The position numbers and the translations under genes are program-made. 64,000 bases of DNA, taken from assembly GCA_013265495.1 (NCBI GenBank), contig MU058781.1:2892158-2956157 (forward strand). Reading direction: 5' to 3'. The notes below the pieces were generated by a model that worked only from the letters and a program-made list of their open reading frames with translations, was not told where the DNA came from and ran no database searches. Shown piece after piece: positions 1 through 12,184 of this stretch (position 1 is its first letter; every line of letters starts with the position of its first letter). The stretch comes from Vicugna vicugna (Eukaryota).

Positions 1-78
1 GTGGCTTTCGAATAAGAAACATATCTCTACTTCTTAGCTCATGAGATAGTTTTTGCATTCTTCTACATCTGAATCCTC

Positions 79-200
79 AAATAATACAATGAGTAAAAGT
101 CAGCTGTTCCTCTCCTTTCTGTAACATCTATTTTTCTTTAAATAATACAATGAGTAAAAGTCAACTGTTCCTCTCTTTTCTGTAACATCTATTTTTCTTT
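79..200. repeat. Direct tandem duplication, 2 x 61 bp
   Basis: 79-139 and 140-200 are identical apart from 2 substitutions. Confidence 0.95.
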
Positions 201-204
201 TTCC

Positions 205-615
205 ACTGATTCATTCCCATTAGCTTACAAACATGCTTTTATCTTCTCTGATCTTAAAATAAACAAAAAAGCATAAAAAAACAAAAAAAAAAGTCTCTTA
301 ACCAAACTTTCTCTCTATGGTCCTGCTTCTTTATATCTCCTTGACATAAAATTCCTTTAGAACTTTCTTCAATTTCTCTTCTTGCTTCCCTTCTAAACTT
401 TTATAATCAAGCCTTCACCCTCCCTACTCTAAATACGCTGCTAAAATTGTTCCCAAAGAGGCAGCAATGGTCTTAAATCCGTATTTCAACTCTCAATCCT
501 CATGCTATGTGACTTACTACCTACAGCATCTGGTGTACCTGTTTGCTCTATTCTCTGATACTCCTTCTTCCCTTGGCTTCCAGGATGCCACAGTCTCTTA
601 GAATCTTTGGTTTTG
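205..615 (+). mobile_element. LINE-2 fragment
   Basis: Pyrimidine-rich L2-like text, e.g. tccttcttcccttggcttccaggatgccacagtctc. Family recalled from memory; ends approximate. Confidence 0.6.
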
Positions 616-944
616 TCACAGTGTATACCTGGGGAATAAAGGAAACTGGGACATCTAACCTCATCTACATCACAAAACAAATTCACAGTACTGCTAACAG
701 TGTACTATCTTATGTTATTTGAAAGCTTGTTAGAAAAATATGTTCATACTGAATGCAAATAATCACATTCCAATGCAAAAGTATCAAGTACTTTTAAGAA
801 AATAACCATCCCTCATCCATATACTATGTATATAATGATTTTTCCTAAGGTGTTTAAAGAAGCCATAAGGTTTTTATTGGTAACGTGATGATAGTATTTC
901 ATTCTACTGAGAATACAACATACTTTCGCGGAAGAGTTACTTAC

Positions 945-1080
945 CTGGGTAGGTCACTGATTGAAAAGCACAGCCTGACATCTTTCTTCTTAACACTGTA
1001 TTTGACAGAAGTTGTAAAAAGACTCTTGGGAACATATCAGTGATGGGTACAGTGGTGGAAGGCCGTATTAGTAAAGCCAT
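945..1080 (-). CDS. Candidate first coding exon of a gene running leftwards out of the window (MALLIRPSTTVPITDMFPRVFLQLLSNTVLRRKMSGCAFQSVTYP...)
   Basis: ATG in gaaATGG context at 1080, an in-frame upstream TGA, 45 open codons, then a consensus donor CAG|GTAAGT at 945. Peptide not recognised. Confidence 0.3.
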
Positions 1081-2115
1081 TTCAGAAGAAAGTCATTAGG
1101 ATTAGGATGACACATTAACCAGGGTGTTATCACCTCTGGTCACATAATATGTGGCATGTGTGTTAGGGAAGCCTTCTTTCCTACCTCCCCGCTCCTGGGT
1201 AGACAGAAGATAAGCCCATTGTGGATATCCACTAATACTTTGCAATGGAATGGAATTTTTTTAAGCATCCTGGTAAATTTTAACTGACTTACATTTGGTT
1301 TAAGAAGCATTTTTACTCACTTTCTCTTTCCTAGATCAAAACACGGTATGTGGTCAATAGAAATTAAGAATACCAAGTCTCAGAGTTATTCAAAACAGCC
1401 TTTGAGAAAACTGAAAATGATTTTACTCAGCATCTGCAAGTCTGATGAGAAGAAAAGCACGTATCAAGAGAGCACTGTAAACACTGTGTGAGAATGAGAC
1501 TGCGATTGTGATGTTCAGGGCTTCCTCTGGGTGGGTGACACGCTACCAAGACAAATGGCATTCTAGTCACTCAGCTGGCCAAAGTCTAAGATTATTATAT
1601 TAACCAATTTCCATCCTGTTCTTTTTCTTTATGGGTTTTAATGACTAGGCGAGATTCACTGTTTAATATTTAAACAAATGTTTTTATGCTGAGACAATAA
1701 GGCACTGTTGAGACTGGCTAGAACTGTTTAATATTCTCCAGTATGGCTGATTGCCATTCCTGCTGGAGTAAATGGCATGAGCTGACTTCTAGAAATGTTC
1801 AGAAATTAAAGCTCCCTCTTTGGTGACATGGGAGTGAATGGAATCCCCTTGAGTTGCACACATGGCATACCAGGTGTGTGTGGTCTGCCCCACAGGGTGA
1901 GTTCCTCTATTGTTCTGGCTCTTCTAGCAGAACACTGTTTAGTTAGCATCGCTAGTGTTGGCTAAACAGACTGGCTTGCTTCCATGTTCTTCTCTGCATT
2001 GACCCTTATCCATTTACTGACAGTGGGCTTAAATACGCCCCTTCTCAATTATCCATCATCAAAGGCAGCTGGGTGTGGGCTTCCTTTTTGAGGTTCAATA
2101 TCTCTCATTGACCAG

Positions 2116-2138
2116 ATGAGCTTTAGTCAACCACCGAG
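2116..2138 (+). CDS. Candidate 23-nt exon (MSFSQPP, phase 0 to 2)
   Basis: tctctcattgaccag| acceptor and GAG|GTGAGC donor. An upstream donor AGG|GTGAGT lies at 1896. Confidence 0.3.
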
Positions 2139-2949
2139 GTGAGCTTCCTTAGTGTGGAAACATGTTTCACATATGGCAAGACCTCTCTTAAAATCCACTT
2201 TGACTGATTTAAACCATAGCTATATTTTTTTTCCTCAAAGTTGGGTGTTCAAATGTTTGGATCTGATGTGAAGCAAGAAAACGAACTTAACAAAATGTTT
2301 AGAATCTTTTATGTGCCGGAAAAAAAAACTGTGATGTACAACTTCTCAAAAGATCTTGGAATACATTTCTAGGGAGATACTATTTCTTTAAGTGTGGGTG
2401 TGGGTAGGACAGACTGTAAATGACCCTCACTATCTGATAGATTTTAGACATACTACCCAACAACACACTGAAGTTATAAATTCTACTTGGACCCACCACA
2501 TTTTAACTAGTTTCTTCCCCAACAGAGATGGGGTCCAAGAGGGAAACCAACAATTGGAAAGAACAACGTAAACCATCTTAGGTTGAACAACCACAGCAAC
2601 AAAACGGACCGATGATAATTGTAAAAAAAAGTCCTTTGTTTGTTTTCATTGTTTAAGCTTGTATTCTTTAATAATAATCTATATACATCTCAAATGTGAA
2701 AAATAAAATCTTTTGTATATTGTTGTGTATAAATTCTAAAGCTTCCATGACACATTGTCTGAAAAATAAGATTGCTCCAAACTAAGACCCATAGGATGTG
2801 CATTAGAGAACACACTTTCTCAGAAAGGGTGTGAATTGGTGTAGAATCATCCGTATTCTCTTACCCAGCTCTCTCAGACTCAAGATGTTAGTAATGGCTG
2901 CCTGGGTCCAGAAAACTATGTAAAGCCAACTGACAACAGGGAGAAGTGT

Positions 2950-3095
2950 CTCTCAAGTATGTCAGATTAGAAGGATTACTTGGGGCATTTGCTAAAAGTG
3001 TAAGTTTCCACACCCTCACTTACCCAGCCCTCAATCCAGACTGACTCAGTAGATATGGGTTGGAGTCTAGGAATATAAACTGTTGATCAGATGAT
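2950..3095. mobile_element. MER5-like hAT-Charlie fragment
   Basis: Degenerate similarity to the MER5 interior (cagattagaa...ctcagtagatatgggttggagtctaggaat). Confidence 0.45.
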
Positions 3096-3612
3096 TCTTT
3101 GTATTAGGAAATTTTGTAAAATATTTCTCTAGGATATAGAATGTGACCTCACCAACTGAAGATATGCCCACTTTGTGGCTTAACGTATTTACAGCAAGTG
3201 AACAAGAGAAACTGGAGAAGAGTTAAGATGTGAAAACCATGTGTAATGAATGTATACAATAGGAGAAAAAAGTAAAGAAAATTAAGTATGACAACATAGT
3301 ATCGGCAACGACTAGTGACGGGAAACTTAGGATATGTGAATATGAAGAAAAAGACAAAGAGACAAAGAGAAAGAAAGAGAGAGACCCAGAAAAGTTTGCT
3401 TTGTCACATCTTCTCTGAATTAGGCTTGAATTCGTGTCCAAGATCAAGGTCCCCTGGTCTCATTGCAGTGTCCTGTTCAGCAGTCCCTGACTCTTTTGTG
3501 TATGTAGAATTAGATACCTGGAGAATGATTAGCAATGCTTGGTGGTTTCTTTATCTATGTATTTATTTTTAAAGGAAACCATTAAAGAAAATATATAGAA
3601 GGAGTAAGTGTT

Positions 3613-3872
3613 TACAAACACTTCACTCTTCCCAAAGTCTGTGCTAGGAATCCATGTAAAATTGACAATTCTGTATTTTATTGAATCTCCCTTTCTAACA
3701 TGTAGTGGTAGCCAATATTTGCCTTTCTCCAGGTTTCTAGCAATTGGGCCATTTCTATGGTTTCTTAAAGATTGATGTTGATGTTTGTATGATGACATCT
3801 GCAAGTTATTTTATTATCCTGGATGTGTTTCATAGGATTTGCAGAATTAAATTCATTTAAAGCAAAAAAAAA
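3613..3872 (+). pseudogene. 5'-truncated polyadenylated retro-insertion of non-repeat sequence (mRNA 3' end or orphan transduction)
   Basis: ATTAAA at 3846-3851, A11 at 3864-3874, flanked by a 14-bp direct repeat aaggagtaagtgtt (3599-3612 and 3873-3886). Confidence 0.8.
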
Positions 3873-3890
3873 AAGGAGTAAGTGTTGACA

Positions 3891-4110
3891 GAATAGCTAC
3901 CATTTATTGTGCACCCATCTGTTTCTACATGCTGTCCTCATGTTATATCATTTCTTGGTTGGTCTTCACTACAACTCTCAAAGAGGTTTTATTACCATTT
4001 AATTGATGGGGAAACAGAAGTTCAGAGAAATGGTTTATCTAAGGTCACATTACCTACAAGTGACAGTTGGGATGTGAACCCAGATGTACCTCTTTTCAGT
4101 ACCCTATGTC
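3891..4110 (-). mobile_element. MIR SINE
   Basis: aatagctaccatttattg...gatggggaaacagaagttcagagaa...aaggtcaca...tgaacccag is the reverse of the MIR core. Confidence 0.8.
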
Positions 4111-6229
4111 AGTGGATTCTGAGGCAAAAAAATTGGATTCATTTCCTAGGTTGCTTGATAACTCATTATATGTGTTTAGATCAATGTATAGTTTCTTTGC
4201 ACCTTGGTTTCAAGATCTTCCAGTCTGCAGGCAACTTTCCTGTAACTGGTTTTGAATAGCCCCTAGTGAAGTACCAGCTGAAGTAAATACAGGACTTCTA
4301 TTTGAGTTCTATATCTGGTTATGAAATTGAGAGGAACATTTCAGAACTCTTTCCATTGCTATCAAAATAGCAGCAGGCATTCACAGGTTAAGGAGCTCAT
4401 TAAACTAGTCCAAAGCACCATCTGCCTAACTGGGAACCATTTAATAAGTTACTGTTGTCTTTTGACCCTGTCTCATACTTGTCAGCTTGCTAAGCTTTGA
4501 CAAAAGGGACCCAATGGAGCTACTATAAAACAAAGCATTCTGTTTCAATTGGCAAAAGGCAAAATGATCTCTAGACACTCTTGCCTAGAAGTAACCACTC
4601 TCTAATGAGTTGCTGTTTTTATTAAATATTATGTAGAGCTGATTCATCTTTTTTGGATTTCAAGAGACACAAACATAATGCAATGTGCTTTTCCTATGCA
4701 GAAGCTGTTAGCAGGCTACATAACAAGTACCGAGTGAATCTTTGCAAATCAGTGATATTTGTACAAATTTAAAGAGGTTTACCTAAAACTTTGAAAGAAT
4801 TAAAAATAGGCGTTTTCAAATAATCACATCCATCCAAAGGACTATGCTCCCTGGTGTCAAGGCATATACTTTGCAAGAAGGACTTGGGGGATATGAAAAA
4901 GAACATAAAATTAATGTTAAGAAAACAGATGTCTAGAGCCTCAGGGACTAGCAATGTGATTCCTGAACAAGAGCCCTATAAAGTGCATATGAGTCCAGGA
5001 AGGAAATGTGATAACATGGGGGAGTGATATCTGTTGGGTAGGTCCTCGGTCTGTAGGGGTTTCATATTTTCAGCAACAACTCACTGATGGCACCAAGAAC
5101 ATATTTGTGTTCATTATGTTAATAGATGACCCAAGGCTGACCCAGAGAAAATTAAAATTCAGAATGACTTTATTCAACGTGGGGGAGGAACTTAGTGAAG
5201 ATTTTAGGGATGTGTTCCAGGCAATGCACACACACAGAAAATAACATGACATAAAAAAAATGGTCTGGGGTTTACAATGAACTTCATGCTATCTCTAGGT
5301 CACCAATGTACAGCTGTGATACTTTTTCCAAAGAAGCATGTAGGATGTACAATGTTTAACTGGAAAGGAAGCATATGGTGGGCTGCCTTTTCTTTAGTCA
5401 GTAAAGCAAATGGCAGAAGGAGGAAATAGAAAGGAATTATAGAATGGGAGATTCAGATAGACCAAGAGGATGAGATGTGCAATAGGGAGACTTCTCCAAC
5501 ACCAAAAATATACAGTTAAGGATGTAACTATCAGCCTCATTATCACCTTCCTGAGGTCTTTAAAAACCACAGTTCTTGTCCAACTAGAATAAACTGGATG
5601 TAATTATGACTACCAACACAAATGGCATCTAGGATTAGATGATTCTTTAAGGTCTCTTTGGCTTGATGTTCCTGTGGACATCAGAAAAGGAAAGTGCAGG
5701 CCCTGTTCGAAATTTCCCTTGGCCCCCTGCTCTCATCCTAGATCCAGACAGCTCTCAAGATAGCGCAGTTAGGTTGTGTTGGCTTTTCTTTCTCTATGTT
5801 AATTGACTCTGAAGTTGGAGCACACCCCTGTTTCTTCCCACTCTATGCACCAAAACGGAACTGAATGAGTTCATTTTCTCCTGCTCTGAGGTAGCTCTGA
5901 CTTTGCTAGTTAATTTTGTTAAATTTAGTTGTTCCACACACCAAACTGAGATGAAGAGGCAAAGAAAAGGAAAGGGGTAGAAAGAAGAGAGAGCAGAAGC
6001 AGCGCTAAGAGGATGGATGGGGACTGGAGCCTTGGTTTAATTTCCATTTGTGTACCATCTAAGTGGCATTCAAACTCAATTACACACTATCTTGACTATA
6101 GAAATGTAGCTTTAATATAAATTCCTCCATCTCCCCCTCCCAATCGATTTGGTACCCTAAAACTAGAAACTCTGGACCATCCAGTTCTTTTACATTATCA
6201 AAGAGTCTCTGCTTAAAGAATGAAAGACC

Positions 6230-6490
6230 AACAATTTTGAGCTATAAAAGACATTAGAGAAAGATCATCTAGTCTAATAACTTTATTTTACAAATGAGCA
6301 AACTCAGGGCCAGATTAATGACTAGACCAAAACCACCCCTCCCCTAGTAGAACAGAGCAAGGTTGACAGTCAAAATTGTGAGCCCTGTGCAGGCAGGATG
6401 TTTGTCCATTTTTTTCCTACTATATCCCCAGAACTAGTACAGTGCCAGGCATATAGTAGGCACACAATAAATATTTATTGAATGAATGGT
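6230..6490. mobile_element. MIR fragment followed by an L2 3' end
   Basis: tttattttacaaatgagcaaactcaggg (MIR); gtgccaggcatatagtaggcacacaataaatatttattgaatgaat (L2 tail). Confidence 0.7.
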
Positions 6491-7825
6491 CTATGATTCC
6501 TGATACCCTTCTCATGCTTTTCCCACTTAAGCACACATTTTCGCTCTCAAAAAAAAAAAAAGAAAGAAAGAAAAAGAAACCCAAACCAAAAAACAATCTG
6601 AGGACCAATGTAGTTCCCTTCACCCCACCTTATTTCCTGAAATGACCTAATATTTTATCTTGGAATGTTCCACTGTATTTCCAAAAATTCCTAATATGCA
6701 GTGGTGTGGTTTGACTTAATTCTGCTTTAACACACAAAAAAAGTTTGGCTAAATGAGCCCTTCCCAAATGCTCATCAGACTCAACCATTTGCCAATGAAA
6801 AAGCATCACCTTATTAAATTTTTGTTATTTTGATTATCAGGTTTTCCTCCTACTCTTTATTAAAAAAAATTTCCCATTCCAAACTGAGGGAACTCTTTTA
6901 CTATATCTATAGTAAAAGGAAGGCTAGAGTACCATAAGGCAGAGGCTAGGAAATCTCACTATGTATAAATTCTGATGTCCAGAAATATGGTTTCTAAACA
7001 ATACACTGCAGGAGAGGCCAATTGTTTGAAGTACTTAAGGATTCACCATAAGATTCCTTTAAATATTGGTCTAGAGTGTAAATGTGGTTCAAATTACACA
7101 CAACTTTTTAGGAACACATCTATTGAGCAAGAGAGAGAGGCTTTCTGGGACAACCATGGGATAGGCAGAGCAGCCAACTGGTGTGGCAAGTTTTAAGAGT
7201 GACTCAGGGCACTGAGTTAGGAGCCAGAGTTCCAAAATCCTCCAGAGCATGTGGACTCTTTCAAGCTCTGGACACCAGGAAAAACCTAAGAACTACCGTA
7301 GTTAAAACTGCTTGCTCCACAGCCAGTTAAATCCAGAGATGGAAGATGAATTGAAATAGGGAAAGAACATTTTTAACTCCCACTGGCATGTCAAATGCCC
7401 TAGTCCTGCCTAACCTTGAGTGACACGTAACAAATACTAACACTTTGACACTGAGATATTCATATTCTACATTTTCAAAAAGCATGGGGAAATTTGGGGA
7501 GGAACATAAAATACAGTAAAATAGAGAAATCAAATGTACACGAGAAAAAGAGGAATATTAAAAAAAAGAAAGAGAAGCTAACACAATATATACCATAATG
7601 TAAACAATTGTAAGAGACACTGATGTGACTCTTAGCTTTTTAGCTGTCAATGGAAAAGGAAACCAATCAATTATATACTTCACTTAAGAAGTGAATTATG
7701 TCTTTCTAAGATTTTTTTAAATGCTAAAGAAAGTATATGAGAAAGAAATCTGTCTTCTAAGTCCTCTTAAAGATGGTACTGGGTAAGTAGTAAAGAATAT
7801 CCCTAATGATATACTCACTATAGAC

Positions 7826-8011
7826 CAGTGGTTCTCAAACTTAAAAGTACATCAAAGCAACTGGAAGGCTTGTTAAAGCACAGATTGCCATTGCTACTCT
7901 CAACATTTCTGGTGCAGTACATATAGGGTGGGGTCTAAGTATCTGTATTTTTAACATGCTTCCAGGTGTTACTGACACTGCTGTCCAGGTACCACACTCT
8001 GGCAACCACTG
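7826..8011. mobile_element. MER5A-type hAT-Charlie MITE
   Basis: Terminal inverted repeats cagtggttctc / ggcaaccactg, with a degenerate 8-bp TSD ctatagac / ctgtaggc. Confidence 0.85.
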
Positions 8012-8298
8012 CTGTAGGCATGAGGCCAAATTTTACAGGTCCTCTCTTTAAAGCATACTCCCACATAGACTGATGGCAGTGCACTAAACTGCAACTGAGT
8101 AGTTCCCCAGGATTAATACAACAAAGTCCAGTTACATTCCCTCTGCAGGTCCAGTCCACAGTAGTAGGCACCAGTGTGGAAAGGTAATGGCCACACCACT
8201 TCTCATTCAGTGTATTTGCTATATCATTCCTTAATGTAGTCCGAGCAATAATGGCTCTCAGTTCTCAAAAGTCCTATAGAATGCCATTTCTCCTAAGG

Positions 8299-8519
8299 CA
8301 GGACCTATCAACCTTGGTGGCACTATGACATTGGGGCTGGATGATTCTTTGCTGTGAGGGGCTGTCTGGTGCATTGTCAGATATTTAGCAGCATCTCTGG
8401 CCTCTACCCACTAAATACAAGCAGAAGTCTGCCTCTTAGTCATGACCTCAAAAATATCTCCAGACATCACTGCCAAATGTCCCCTGGGAGGCAAAACTGC
8501 CTCCCACTGAGAACCACTG
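8299..8519. mobile_element. MER20 hAT-Charlie MITE
   Basis: tttagcagcatctctggcctctacccacta...ccaaatgtcccctgggaggcaaaactgcctccc...tgagaaccactg. Confidence 0.9.
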
Positions 8520-8999
8520 TACCAGGAGGTATTATGCCTTAGCCTGGGGTCAGCGGTGGTTCTGTTCCCCGTGATCCAAGAATGGTTCACCTCCTTCTGG
8601 GGAGATTATCGCCTCCCACTTACCCACCCTACAGCTAAGGGAGGAGTGACAGACTGGTGAGAAAGCAAGATGATAATTGTCCACTAACTTTTATTGGCTT
8701 TACCAGCTCTGGTTGTCGGGGGAGGTGACAGGAATTCCAAATGAAATTTAGAAATCAAACTATTTGAGTATAAGAGATATCTTGGGAGAGGGAGGGAGGT
8801 GAATCAGAGTATGCCAATCAAAACAGTCCAATGCTACAGGAGTTTGGGGGAGACCAGATAAATTGAATCTTTTCTGGTTAGAGTATAGCAGGAAAGGATT
8901 TGATTGATGATTTATTGATTGAACAAATGTCTATAAAGTACATAATTATTATTGATGTATTATTAATAATTATAAAAATAACAATATACTTTACACATA

Positions 9000-10150
9000 G
9001 ATAATGCTTTACAGCATTTAAAATTCTTTTCACATAGTATTTTTTCCCAAAACTGACAATAATACATTCTGATGTTTCAAAAATCAAAATATTCTGAAAA
9101 GGAAAAGCTTGAAAACCTCATGTTCACTTTTATTCCATACACTCTATTCCCTTCTCATTACAGATAACTATTTTATGAATTTCTTTGGTATTCTTCTAAA
9201 ATTTCTTTATAAAAATACAATACTATAGAAAAATATATCCATATTTTTCTGTTTCTTACACCAAAGTACTGTGCTACATATTCTGTTCTACTGTTTGCTT
9301 TTTTATTTTTTTTCTCCTTAACTTCTTGGACACTGTTCCATACAGAGAGCTTTCTCATCATTTGTTTTGTAGCTACATTGTCTTCCGTTACATGGATATG
9401 CCAACATTTGTGTAAATAGAGCCCTATTGATAAATTCTTGAATTGTTTCCAATCATATGGTTGATGTGAGGATCAGATAAAGGTTACCAGGGACAAAAGA
9501 TAGGGGAAAGAAAGGGAACTTGTTTTTTTATGGGTACAGAGTTTCAGTTCTGCAAGATAGAAAAGTTCTGGAGATCTGTTTCACAATAATGCAAATATAC
9601 TTAACACTAGTGAACTGTATATTTCAAAATAATTCACATCAGGCATTTTAATATATGTTTTCTACACACATGCAGACACGAAGAATCAAGTTTGTAAAAT
9701 GAGGGAAATATTTTGTGTGTGTGTGGGTAAAACACATACACTGGTAACCACTATTTTACTTTCTATGAATTTAACTACTTTGGATACTTCATGTAAGTGA
9801 AATTATACAGTATTTGTCTTTTTGTGACTGGCTTATTTACTTAGCATAATGTCCTCAAGGTTCATTCAAGTTGTAGCATGTGACAGGATTTTCTTCCTTT
9901 TGTTTATCTATTCATTCACTGATACTCGCTGGGTTACTTCCATTCTTAGCTATTGTGAATAGTGCTGCTATAAACATGGGCATGCATATACCTCTTCAAG
10001 ACCCTGCTTTCAACTATTTTGGATGTATACCCAGAAGTGAGATTACTGGATCATATGGTAGTTCTATTTTTAACTTTTAAAAGAACTACCTTAGTGTCTT
10101 CCATTGTGGTTGCACCATTTCCATTGTAGATTCCCACAAGAGTGTCAAGG
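9000..10150. mobile_element. Cluster of old L1M 3' fragments in both orientations
   Basis: + strand L1 3'UTR at about 9480-9700 (gggtacagagtttcagttctgcaaga); - strand L1 3' pieces at about 9000-9455 and 9740-10150 (gctattgtgaatagtgctgctataaacat). Confidence 0.8.
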
Positions 10151-11749
10151 AACAAAGGTCAAACTTAATTCTTAAGTACTCTACAATTGATAGTATTACA
10201 TATGCAGAAACCAAGACAGATGCTGCAGCCTCACAAACAATACAAGGAAAATAGGAATATTCCCATAGATGTTCTTGACATAATCTAGTGCCCTGTATCA
10301 TTCTGCTTACTGCATTATTAAAACAAATAATGCAAATGTTATTTTTTGCCATGAATCAGTTTAATTATCTCTGTCAGAGTCTTGTGATATTTTAGCCAAT
10401 GGATTTTTCTACCCTTTGAAAGAGTAAATATTCCCCCTGGTTCCTCAATTTTGCTCTTGCTTTCTCACAGTACCACTACCCTGACTTATACTCCAAAAAG
10501 ATAGAAGTTGGTATACCAGCTCTTTTGTCATTATTTATGCCAGGTTATATTCATCCTCCACTATCCATAAATTAACCAAAATCTTGAACTTGGAAAGAGA
10601 ATGATGCCCTGTTGGCCCAGCATTAGGGGAAAAGTCCTGAATGACTAACACAGTAACCCGCTAGATGTGTTTGCTAACCCAAAAAGCTGTGATCTCTGGG
10701 CCAGGCACGTGGGGCCAGAGGAAGAACTAACTCTTGGCTGTATTACTGGATTTTTCCACCAAAGAATTATTGCAGGAAGACAGGTCACAAAGTCAAAGCA
10801 TATATTACTGAGCAGGGAATACCATCAGAGGCAAAAACAAATACCAGCAGGAAAAAAGGAAAGCCTGGCCCACTCCCCCTCACACGTCTCACCTCAACGA
10901 TGTTGGTGGTTGGAAGCTGTTTCAATAATGATAGCTCAATCTGATGACAATGCTCTCTAGAACTGTCCTTGTGATCCAGTTGTTTCATGTTTCATAAAAC
11001 ATTCAATGAAAAAAAGGAAGGTCATTGCCATTGGGAAGGATGTGACTGAATGTTGGCTAACAGAGCTAATACTTTCCTGAGCTACACATGCTTCAGATCA
11101 GTTTTCAAAGGCTTTGTGCTCTAATTTTCAAGGAGCTTGCTGCAAACAATAAAATAATCATCTCTGACACTGGAGTGGATGTATCAACATTTAAGAAAAA
11201 AATGGCTCTTATACATGAATAGAATAGCTAATAATCAGCTAACAGGTCCTAGAACTTGACATATCAAGGCAAACTAGAAATACATCCATGTATAGAAGGA
11301 GACATTGAGGAAAAACGCCTGTCCTGACCTTAGAAATGGATAGAAGGGGAAAAAAATCTCCTTGAAGAATTCATAACCACTCTCTGGCACATATGTAGGT
11401 TTGCTACTCAATCTTGCATTTCCAGCTTAGTCCAAAGAAACCTGAATTCAATCCAAGACCTTGGGAAATAAGCCTTTGACTCCCCAATTATTTTTCTATT
11501 TCCCAATGAGTAAAGCATGAATCTTTCCATACATTATCTAATTCTTTACCTTAACACTTGAGTAACAAATGAAGATATTATTATCCAGGTATCTATTGTA
11601 ACTCTATTCTTGAGTAAACTATCCTCAAAGCTAAAGAAATTAATCCTCTTGAGTCTCCAAATTCATCAATTTTAGAAGACTGAAGCAAGTTAAGGAAAGA
11701 AAAGTAAGTGGAATACTTTGAACCAAGTTTCTACTCCATTAAAGTGACT

Positions 11750-11950
11750 TATTTAATTCTCACAAAATTCTATATTGTGTATAATCTCATGATTAGCAGT
11801 ACTGCTAAGTTATAGGTGAGGAAACAGAAGCATAGTAATTAAGTAACTTGCCCAAAGTCATGATAAGTGAATGGTAGTAATTTGCAAAGTAGAATCCAAT
11901 CCATAATAAGCCCCAAATGCTTTACTGCTATACTGTTCATACTGCCTCAC
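11750..11950 (-). mobile_element. MIR SINE
   Basis: ggtgaggaaacagaagcatagtaattaagtaacttgcccaaagtca. Confidence 0.75.
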
Positions 11951-12184
11951 TAAGCTCCTTTCCAGTATTCACAATTTATTGTTATGTCAGAATTTAAAAA
12001 TCAGAACTAGTTTTCTGTTCTATAGATAATAAAATGTCCTCCATATATATTAGTATATTTAATCCCCTTCCCAATAAAAGAAAGTTTGTATAATGACTTA
12101 TTTCCACTCAAAGATTAATGTCTCAATGTGAATAAAGCATCTGAAAGCAATTGTGACTGGTTCTTGGGGAAAAGGAGAGAAATA

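Noticed and set aside
1335..1345. 11-nt + strand microexon ATCAAAACACG
   Set aside because: The acceptor is good, but the same bases also read as a - strand donor, and no compatible neighbouring exon was found.
1803..1896. 94-nt then 23-nt exon sizes echoing 28427-28520 and 30767-30789 (possible tandem paralogue)
   Set aside because: No sequence similarity, an in-frame TAA and a poor acceptor. Treated as coincidence.
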